Positions 28,827 through 36,083 of a stretch of DNA of 64,000 bases are shown here, piece by piece. Source of the stretch: Saprospira sp. CCB-QB6. GTDB taxonomy: Bacteria; Bacteroidota; Bacteroidia; Chitinophagales; Saprospiraceae. The notes beneath the pieces were generated by a model. The model worked only from the letters and a program-made list of their open reading frames with translations. It was not told the DNA's origin and made no database searches. The stretch is taken from the NCBI RefSeq assembly GCF_028464065.1, contig NZ_CP116808.1, positions 943,886-1,007,885 on the forward strand, in the 5' to 3' direction. Numbering within the stretch: position 1 is the stretch's first letter; each line of letters begins with the position of its first letter. The translations under genes and the position numbers were made by a program.

Positions 28827-30494
28827 ATGTTATTTAATTATAAGTATGGAGGAACTTCCTCCGTGAAAAATAAAGCTGGGCAAACGGCGATGTCTTTTGC
28901 CCCTGATAGTTTGCGCGAGCCTACTTTTTTTGTGGGCCAATTGCACAAGAAAATTGCCTTTAGAGAAGCTATCTCTGCCTTGAATGCTGTAGTAGTTTCT
29001 GATCTTCGCTTCAAACCTCGCGATAAATCCGCCTATTTGGCCTGGGCCAAAGAACAAGAAGAGGTTTGGCTAGCCCAATACCTCGGCGAAATTGCTGGAG
29101 ATGAAGCCAATATCAAAAAACGAATCGAAGATATTTCTGTGGAATTAGCAGGGGTAGAAGAGCAGGAACGAGGCGTAATGCAGCATTTCTACAAAAAACA
29201 AAGAGAGTATTTTAATTACCTCTATAAAAAGGATTTTGATGCTTGGATCGTCCTGGATCCCGTTATCACTACCCATCCCGATAGCATTTTCTTTGAGTGC
29301 TTTAGCCAAGATGAATCTACTTATGGTAAGCTCAGCTGTGGCTACAATGTCTTTAAGAATATTGACGAGTTTTCTTGCGGAACAACCAATATTGACTACT
29401 CCGCAGCCCTCTATAATGAGTTTCAAAAGATTCGAAACTATAAGGAAACCGATTTTCGAGTAGATCCTTCTGGCTTCGAAATCCAAACAGAAGACCAAGA
29501 TTTATATAAAGAGGTCAAAATTGACCTGCCCGAAAGCTGGGTCCGCGGCTTCCTTCAAGTGAGCTCCGCCATGACGATGCCCCTCATTCGCTTTGACCTG
29601 CATCCCATGGATATTCATAGCATCTGCCAGCTTTTGCGCCGCTTCAAAGAAACACATGGCCCCCGCTCTTTGCGCTTTCAACTTCGCCCTGGGCAGCCCG
29701 TTAAGGTGGTGGTAGAACCTTGGAATAAAGAAATTATCTGCCGCCGCTCTATTTATCATGGGCCAAAAGCAGAGGAGGTCCGCATTTGGGGCCGCCGCCG
29801 CTTACTCATTTTAGAGCGCCTGATTCCACAAGCCAAAAAATTTACAGTCAGCTTCCTCGGTTCTGGTTTGCCTTCTTTCTATGAGGCCCAACTAGAGGGA
29901 GATATGGTCTTTACTTTGGGCCTTTCTGGCTGGACCGATAACGATTGGTCCAGAGCTGGTAACTTTGATCTGCTCGCCCCTCGCTTAGAGGTAGACGATT
30001 GGACCAAACAAACCGTTTTCGAGGCACTCAAAACCACTTATTTCGAGTCGGTAGATAGCCTCGCAGAACGCCTGGAATTAGGCACAGATATCGTCAGCGC
30101 AGCCTTGCAAGCCTATACGCAAGCAGGCCGAGTGATCTTTGATCCTACCCTGGGCGTTTACCGCCTCAGAGAATTGCATCGCGAACCTCTCGATATGAAA
30201 CTGCTCCGCTTTGCTTCACCGCAAGAGGAAAAAGCCAACAAAATTTTGGACAAAAACCGCCTCAGCAATTTATCCGCAGAGGCACAGCAAAATGGCCAAA
30301 CTCGACTGTCCGCACAAATTAAAGGAGAGCAACGCAACTACCAATGCCAACTCCTTATCGATGCCGATGACCGCATGGTCCAAGCCGAATGCAATTGCAA
30401 TCATTTTCAAATGAATAAATTGCGCAAAGGCCCCTGCGAACACATCTTAGCCACTCGTATGGCCCATAATCGCAAAACAGGAAAACTGATCTAG
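28827..30494 (+). CDS. SWIM zinc-finger protein (YehQ-like)
   Basis: The C-terminus is CNCNHFQMNKLRKGPCEHIL, which is CxCx(n)CxH (SWIM) at nt 30390-30443. It starts 12 nt after the WGR gene, so the two form an operon. Confidence 0.7.
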   Translation: MLFNYKYGGTSSVKNKAGQTAMSFAPDSLREPTFFVGQLHKKIAFREAISALNAVVVSDLRFKPRDKSAYLAWAKEQEEVWLAQYLGEIAGDEANIKKRIEDISVELAGVEEQERGVMQHFYKKQREYFNYLYKKDFDAWIVLDPVITTHPDSIFFECFSQDESTYGKLSCGYNVFKNIDEFSCGTTNIDYSAALYNEFQKIRNYKETDFRVDPSGFEIQTEDQDLYKEVKIDLPESWVRGFLQVSSAMTMPLIRFDLHPMDIHSICQLLRRFKETHGPRSLRFQLRPGQPVKVVVEPWNKEIICRRSIYHGPKAEEVRIWGRRRLLILERLIPQAKKFTVSFLGSGLPSFYEAQLEGDMVFTLGLSGWTDNDWSRAGNFDLLAPRLEVDDWTKQTVFEALKTTYFESVDSLAERLELGTDIVSAALQAYTQAGRVIFDPTLGVYRLRELHREPLDMKLLRFASPQEEKANKILDKNRLSNLSAEAQQNGQTRLSAQIKGEQRNYQCQLLIDADDRMVQAECNCNHFQMNKLRKGPCEHILATRMAHNRKTGKLI

Positions 30495-30497
30495 CGA

Positions 30498-30645
30498 TTT
30501 TTTTGGGGCCTCCGCAGCAAAGCTGCGGCGCTACGTTTCGGGGCTCGCTGCTCGCTCGGCCCTTCGGCGGCTTTGCCGCCTCGGTCTGGCCTGCGGCCAC
30601 CCCTCCACATCGCTAGGCCTGCGGCGGCTTCGCCGCCTGTCTACC
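30498..30645. repeat. REP/MITE-like element (forward, type 2) separating SWIM gene from RT module
   Basis: It starts TTTTTTGGGGCCTCCGCAGCAAAGCTGCGGCGCTACG and ends CCACATCGCTAGGCCTGCGG. Confidence 0.75.
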
Positions 30646-30704
30646 GCAAAAAGGGCCAAAGCTTCACTATTTTGATAATTTTTTGAAAAAATTTAAATAA
30701 AAAC

Positions 30705-30733
30705 TTGACAAGCTGCTAAAGAATATCTATAAT
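30705..30733 (+). promoter_or_regulatory. perfect sigma70-like promoter (TTGACA-17bp-TATAAT)
   Basis: TTGACA at 30705-30710 and TATAAT at 30728-30733 are exactly 17 bp apart, upstream of the structured region and the RT gene. Confidence 0.5.
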
Positions 30734-30739
30734 TGTAAC

Positions 30740-31110
30740 AGACAAATGGGGATGGCAAGCATCTCTATATAGATATTGAAAAGAAGGATCAAGAGAAGAC
30801 AAAGTCTTGCAAAAAGAGCGCTGTTTCGGCGTTCAAGCGATATTACTCTTCACTGCTCACTAAGGAAGAATCTTTATGATGCGAACCGTCGTAGGTGCCC
30901 CTACTATGCGCCCTATTCGGTTTCGAGTCGTAGACTCTATAGGGCGCATAGTAGGGGCACCTACGACGGTTCGCTGGAGTTGATTCTCTTAGTTCTATGA
31001 TTGTACGAAGTAAATCTTCTCTCCTTCTTTTTTCTTTTGCAGCTACTTTCAATTTTGGACCAACTGGGCTTCTGCCTTAGTTCTCCCAAATTGAAAGTAG
31101 TTTTTTTTTG
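30740..31110 (+). ncRNA. candidate retron-type non-coding RNA (msr/msd-like) upstream of RT
   Basis: A perfect 36-bp inverted repeat (30881-30916 / 30939-30974) carries an inner 5-bp palindrome in its 22-nt loop. A second 13-bp perfect stem (31043-31055 / 31088-31100) is followed by T9, immediately 5' of the RT start. No credible ORF is present. Confidence 0.45.
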
Positions 31111-31126
31111 TCTCAATCTGCTCCCT

Positions 31127-32698
31127 ATGTCTGATCATCGAATGACCCGTCAACAGATTTATGACCGTATCCGTCAAACGTCTAAAGAGGAATACATTTT
31201 AGAAGAAATGAAACGCCTTGGCTTTTGGGATACTTCCGAAGAAGCTCCAAAAATATCTGAGGAGCTGATCCAAAAGAAAGGAGCCCTCCGCAGAGAGCTC
31301 CGCGAGCTGATGGAGAAGCAACGCATGTTTCGAGATAAAGAACGCATGCTAGCCGAAATGCGCAAAAAACGCATGGCCGATGCTCTCGCCCGTAGAGAAG
31401 AGACCAAGGAACGCCGTAAGGCGGAAAAAGAAGCCCGTGCTAAAGCTTGGCAAGAAAAGAAAGAACGAAGCATTGTCTTTTTAGGTAAGGATTATTCTGC
31501 TGGCTTGAGTGAAGAAGAAGCTGACCTAGAAAAATTAGCCGCTTTAAATCTCCCTGCATTTAAGGATATTAAGGAGCTGGCAGATGCTATGGAGATTTCT
31601 GTAGGGCGTTTGCGCTACCTTTGCTTTCAACGAAAGCTGTCTACAGTATCGCATTATGAACGCTTTTATTTAGCCAAGAAAACAGGGGGCAAACGTCTGA
31701 TTTCAGCCCCTCGTCCAATGCTTAAAACTGCACAATATTGGCTACTAGAAAATGTACTTTCTCGCTTGGAGATGCATGAAGCCGCCCATGGTTTTGTGCC
31801 GCAGCGCTCTATTGTGAGTAATGCTAAATTGCATGAGAAAAAAGAGGTCGTCATCAATATGGACCTCAAAGACTTTTTTCCTACCGTAACCTACCCTCGA
31901 GTGAAGGGGATGTTTAAGGGCTTGGGCTATTCTGAGCAACAGGCAATTATTTTTGCGCTATTGACCACAGAACCTGAGGTGGACCAAGTAGAAATAGATG
32001 GGCAATTGTATTATGCCCAAAAAGGAGAACGCTATTTACCACAGGGCGCCCCCACTAGTCCCGCAATCACGAACTGGCTTTGCCGCCGCATGGACCGCCG
32101 TTTTGAAGGTGTAGCGAAAAAACTAGGTTGGACCTATAGCCGCTATGCCGATGACCTAAGCTTCTCTGCTCAGGATACGAGCAATATTAGCCGCATTATT
32201 TGGCAGGCACAGCAGATTATCCAAGATGAAGGCTTTGTGATTCACCCCAAAAAGCTCAAAATTATGCGCAAAGGCCGCCGCCAAGAGGTAACTGGCCTTA
32301 CCGTAAATGAGCAAGTAGCCGTAGATCGCAAAAGCTTGAAGAAGTTTAGAGCCTGTTTGCATACCATAGACACTAAAGGCTATCAAGCAGCGGAATGGGG
32401 CCAAGGCTTTATTTTGGCCAGCATTAAGGGCTTTGCGAATTATGTTCGTATGGTCCAAGCCGATAAAGGCCAAGCCCTTTGCGAACAAGTAAATCGCATT
32501 TTGGCCAAAGAAGAAAATAAGCAAGCTTGGAAGGCCTATTTTGCTCAGTCTAGCACTAAGAAATATGCTTATAAAGAGCAAAAGCAACAAGTTACAGCAG
32601 AAGATACAGCTACTTTGGGTAGTTCTGGCTTAGCAGAATCTCTTCATCCCATCGACCCACAACAAAAGGATGAGGAGCAATGGTGGAGCCTTTGGTAG
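31127..32698 (+). CDS. retron-type reverse transcriptase with basic coiled-coil N-terminal extension
   Basis: It has RLISAP (motif 1), HGFVPQRSIVSNAKLH (the retron NAxxH, nt 31820-31834), INMDLKDFFPTV, SRYADDLSFS (YADD, nt 32144-32155) and RRQEVTGLTVN (retron VTG, nt 32288-32296). The N-terminal roughly 120 aa are K/R/E-rich. Confidence 0.8.
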   Translation: MSDHRMTRQQIYDRIRQTSKEEYILEEMKRLGFWDTSEEAPKISEELIQKKGALRRELRELMEKQRMFRDKERMLAEMRKKRMADALARREETKERRKAEKEARAKAWQEKKERSIVFLGKDYSAGLSEEEADLEKLAALNLPAFKDIKELADAMEISVGRLRYLCFQRKLSTVSHYERFYLAKKTGGKRLISAPRPMLKTAQYWLLENVLSRLEMHEAAHGFVPQRSIVSNAKLHEKKEVVINMDLKDFFPTVTYPRVKGMFKGLGYSEQQAIIFALLTTEPEVDQVEIDGQLYYAQKGERYLPQGAPTSPAITNWLCRRMDRRFEGVAKKLGWTYSRYADDLSFSAQDTSNISRIIWQAQQIIQDEGFVIHPKKLKIMRKGRRQEVTGLTVNEQVAVDRKSLKKFRACLHTIDTKGYQAAEWGQGFILASIKGFANYVRMVQADKGQALCEQVNRILAKEENKQAWKAYFAQSSTKKYAYKEQKQQVTAEDTATLGSSGLAESLHPIDPQQKDEEQWWSLW

Positions 32699-32711
32699 AC
32701 TATCTAATCAG

Positions 32712-32745
32712 AAAAGCCCCCGCAGTCATTGCGGGGGCTTTTTAT
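32712..32745 (+). terminator. rho-independent terminator after RT gene
   Basis: GCCCCCGCA-GTCAT-TGCGGGGGC is followed by TTTTT. Confidence 0.75.
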
Positions 32746-32756
32746 TGGACCAAAAG

Positions 32757-32900
32757 CAGCCTGGCCTAGCGATGTGGAGGGGTGGCCGAAGGCCAGACCA
32801 AGGCGGCAAAGGCCGCCGCAGGGCCGAGCGAGCAGCGAGCCCCGCAACGTAGCGGCGGCCAACTGAGGCCAAAGGCCGAACTGGCCGCAGGCCCCAAAAT
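32757..32900. repeat. REP/MITE-like element (reverse)
   Basis: It has GGCCTAGCGATGTGGAGGGG and ends GCAGGCCCCAAAA. Confidence 0.75.
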
Positions 32901-35840
32901 CTAGCTAAAGTGATTTTGTTTTTTGCGCCAATAAAAACCCAAAGCCAACAGCAAGAGAAGAAGGGTTCCTATACCCCAGATATAGATAGACCAGTTTGTT
33001 TTTTGGGGTAAATCAACAGCTTGGCTGTCTCCGCTGAGGACCCAGGCGGCCCAGAAAAAGGGTTGGGCAGCTACTTCCTTTTGATCAACTAATTCTAAGT
33101 AGCGGACTTGAGCATTTTGTAGGGCCTTATCTTTAGTTTGGCCCGCCTCTAAATTAGAATAAAAGAGCTCCATCAATAAGCGACTACTTTCATCATTGAC
33201 CTCCCAAAGCGTGCTGAGCGTGCTGGCGGCACCAGCATAACGGAAACCAAGGCCAAGACTTTGCGCCCCTTCTCCAGCTTGGTAACGGCCAGCAGCGGTT
33301 TGGCAGGCAGAAAGCACCACTAAATCAGCAGATAAATTTAGACCAGGGAGTTCATAAGCCAATAATAAATCATCGAGTAGACTATCTTGGGTTTCGCTAA
33401 AGAAGAGAGCCGAATAGCTAGGGGCCATAGGGTCTGTGATGGCGTGCATGGCCAAGTGAATAAAGCGGGCATGGGGAGCTAATTCTCTAAACTGCTGTTC
33501 GTTGGCAGCCCCACTGCGCAGAAACTGTCCCTTAAAGTATTTTTCCAGATAATTGAGTTCGGCCTCAGCTCCAGCCAAGGGCTGAAGTTGTTTGCGAGCT
33601 TGGGTCCAATCTAAGGCTTGACGATCCACTGCAGTTCCATGGCCTTCATAAGTTGGCGCCATAGCTAAAAAACCTTGAGCTTGTCGTTTTGGGCTATTTT
33701 GCAGATAGAAATTGGCGGCATAGAGGTAACTTATTGCGTACTGCTTGATGAGGTAATTTAGGCGGCTAAAAGCTTCTTCTTCAGGACTTATAAGCAGGCT
33801 ACTAAAAGCCAGCTGGGCCAATTCTGCATGAGGAGAAATGAGTAAATCATGCTTAGGCGCTTGGGGCATAAGTTGCTGATAAAGAGCATGAGCAGCTTGG
33901 ATAAAGTCCATTTTGAACTGTTTACTTTCTTCTTTTGGCCGTTGCAGGAGTCGCTGAAATTTTTGCAGTTTTTTACGTAGTGGTTGAGTGGTTCCTAGGC
34001 TAAATAATTGAATTTCGCCTGCTTCTAAAAGAAAGCAATAGCTATTTTTTGGGCCCATAAAATAAGCCAATAGACTTTGTTGATTTTGAGCTAATTTCTC
34101 CTGCAAAGCGGCTAAATCCAATTCCTCTAATTCTTCTTGCCAGCTACTATAACTGGGATATTTCTGAGCCAATTGAGCGAGCAAATCTTCCAAGGCTTGG
34201 CGTTTTTGGAAAAGAATTGCTTGCATTTTTTGTGCTCGCAAGCTATCTGATTTGCGTTCTGCACGGCTAAATTGCGCTTGATAATAGCTAATATCTTGGC
34301 GCAGGCTACGCTCTTCGGCCAAAAGCTCCGCCGAGATATTGCCTAATTGCTGGGCCTCTTTATTGCGCAAAGAACTGAGCAACCAACTGCCCTTAGCCAG
34401 CTCAATTTCGATAAAAGCTTGCTGAATATAAATGGGGTCGGCCTCCGCTTTTTCCAGAGCAATTGCGGTTTCTAGAAAAGACTCATAAATTTTTTCAGTT
34501 TGTTCTCTTAAAGCTGCTTTCCCCCCTTTAGAGCCCAATTGCTTTTCTAATTCCTTGGCCAAGCTAATTGCCGTTTGGCAACTTTTATATTGCTCTAGCA
34601 AAGGGGCATTGATTTGTTTTTGCGCTCGATAAATTCCCCATAAAATAGCCAAACCTTCTTGGCCTTTCAGCTGGCTAAGTCCTTCTTGTTGCCCCAAGCC
34701 CGCCGTTTGGTAGCGAAGAGCCTCATCAAAATAACGAAGCGCCAAGGCTGCCGTATCTAATGCCAAGGCGGCCTCTCCCAAAGCAATATAAATTTCTTGA
34801 TTTTTGGCGAGCTCTCGAAAGGCAGATTTTCGTCTTCGAGCATCTGCTAAAGAAGCCGCTAAGTCTTGAATACCCTCAAGATCCTTATTCTTTTTTAGCT
34901 TGTGGATATAGGCTTTAAACAAAGGAAATTGAGCGTGTCCGCCTCGATTTATTTCCTCTGTTAAAGGTAATTTAAAAGCATTTTGATCCAACAAGGATAA
35001 ATAGGCATTGGTCTCTAAAGCATAAAAACTTTTGGTCATCCCTAAGTCCTCAAATTGCTTTGCAGCCTCTAGCAAGTAAGGTAAGGCCTGTTTTTCTTGC
35101 CCCAATTTATAATAACAAATACCTCTACTCGCCAAGTTTTTTGCTCGAACATGAGGAAAAACTTTCTCCCCTTCCAAGGCGGCCAAAGCCTCTAAAGTAC
35201 GCTCATAATTTCCCTTCTGGCGATAGATTTGTGCCATGAGCAAATAGGCCATTGTTTTCGCATGAGGCTGTTGGAGTAAAGCCAATTTTTTGGCCCACTT
35301 TAAAGCTGTTTCTGGTTCATTGGCTAAGCCAAAATGAAAACTAGCCCCCTCTCTATATAAATCTAGCTTCAACAACTCATGATAGTTCTCCTCATTCTTT
35401 TCTAACCAAAGTAAAGCTTTGTCTAAGCGCTCCTTTTGTGCTGGCAGTTCAAGGTTTTCTAAATACCCTAAGTAATGATAGGCTAAATAATAATAAGGCA
35501 AGCGCTCTGCTGCTTGTTCTTCGGCCCAACTAAGTTGATCCTGAACCAAGGCTGTTAATTCTTCTACATAAGGCCTTTTATAAGCGCCCAAATAAGCATA
35601 AGCTAAGCCCACTAGCGCCAAATCACCCGCCTCTTGGTACTTACTCAATCGCCAAGATGAATCTACAGCTTGATTATAAGTAAAACTAGCTTCATAGTAG
35701 CGCATCATGAGCTGCTTTTGCACTCCTATCTTGGTAGTTTGAGCCAAACTGTCTTGATAAATGGCCCAATTAAGAGCTGATTGGGCAAAGAGGGGCAGGC
35801 AAAAGAATAACCCGCAAAGGCTATAGATATAGTTTCGCAT
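32901..35840 (-). CDS. TPR-repeat CHAT-domain protein (caspase-like protease), signal peptide and C-terminal TM anchor
   Basis: The C-terminal CHAT motifs are HLAMHAI (His) and VVLSACQTAAG (Cys). The N-terminal half has TPR repeats. The signal peptide is MRNYIYSLCGLFFCLPLFAQ. The C-terminal TM is IYIWGIGTLLLLLLALGFYW. Confidence 0.75.
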   Translation of the reverse strand: MRNYIYSLCGLFFCLPLFAQSALNWAIYQDSLAQTTKIGVQKQLMMRYYEASFTYNQAVDSSWRLSKYQEAGDLALVGLAYAYLGAYKRPYVEELTALVQDQLSWAEEQAAERLPYYYLAYHYLGYLENLELPAQKERLDKALLWLEKNEENYHELLKLDLYREGASFHFGLANEPETALKWAKKLALLQQPHAKTMAYLLMAQIYRQKGNYERTLEALAALEGEKVFPHVRAKNLASRGICYYKLGQEKQALPYLLEAAKQFEDLGMTKSFYALETNAYLSLLDQNAFKLPLTEEINRGGHAQFPLFKAYIHKLKKNKDLEGIQDLAASLADARRRKSAFRELAKNQEIYIALGEAALALDTAALALRYFDEALRYQTAGLGQQEGLSQLKGQEGLAILWGIYRAQKQINAPLLEQYKSCQTAISLAKELEKQLGSKGGKAALREQTEKIYESFLETAIALEKAEADPIYIQQAFIEIELAKGSWLLSSLRNKEAQQLGNISAELLAEERSLRQDISYYQAQFSRAERKSDSLRAQKMQAILFQKRQALEDLLAQLAQKYPSYSSWQEELEELDLAALQEKLAQNQQSLLAYFMGPKNSYCFLLEAGEIQLFSLGTTQPLRKKLQKFQRLLQRPKEESKQFKMDFIQAAHALYQQLMPQAPKHDLLISPHAELAQLAFSSLLISPEEEAFSRLNYLIKQYAISYLYAANFYLQNSPKRQAQGFLAMAPTYEGHGTAVDRQALDWTQARKQLQPLAGAEAELNYLEKYFKGQFLRSGAANEQQFRELAPHARFIHLAMHAITDPMAPSYSALFFSETQDSLLDDLLLAYELPGLNLSADLVVLSACQTAAGRYQAGEGAQSLGLGFRYAGAASTLSTLWEVNDESSRLLMELFYSNLEAGQTKDKALQNAQVRYLELVDQKEVAAQPFFWAAWVLSGDSQAVDLPQKTNWSIYIWGIGTLLLLLLALGFYWRKKQNHFS

Positions 35841-36083
35841 GATTTATAAGTAGTTAAGTGGCTAAGGTCAATACAAAGGTAGAGAATAGCCCGCAAAGCA
35901 GTTCTCCTAAGTTGAATAATTATAACAACTATTATTTAACAGAACATTAGGCTAGTCTAAATAAACTATAAAGTGAGTCTTGCTACATAAGTTCCCAACT
36001 ATTTGCGCTACACTTGCAAAGTATAAGTTATCAAACAGATAATATACGCCAAAAACATTACGCACATTTAAAACTTTAAAGCC

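Noticed and set aside
30776-31052. A 74-aa basic ORF (30776-31000, +) and a 69-aa ORF (30843-31052, -) overlapping the 36-bp inverted repeat
   Set aside because: Both strands give ORFs only because the region is palindromic. There is no RBS context and the composition is non-coding-like. The structure fits an RNA or msDNA element rather than a protein.
31001-31126. N-terminal 42 aa of the RT ORF as listed in the track (MYEVNLLSFFFLLQ…)
   Set aside because: The track start is actually a TTG codon at 31001. This segment spans the 13-bp stem and the T9 run and is low-complexity Leu/Phe. The real start is most likely the ATG at 31127 (MSDHRM…).
31127-32698. Group II intron maturase or DGR reverse transcriptase
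   Set aside because: No intron domain V/VI structure or flanking exon continuity is evident. No TR/VR near-identical repeat pair was found nearby. The NAxxH and VTG motifs are retron-specific hallmarks.
25639-35840. Whole block as a mobile genomic island with integrase or transposase
   Set aside because: I could find no integrase, transposase, tRNA target or direct-repeat att sites by eye. Island status would need comparative genomics.
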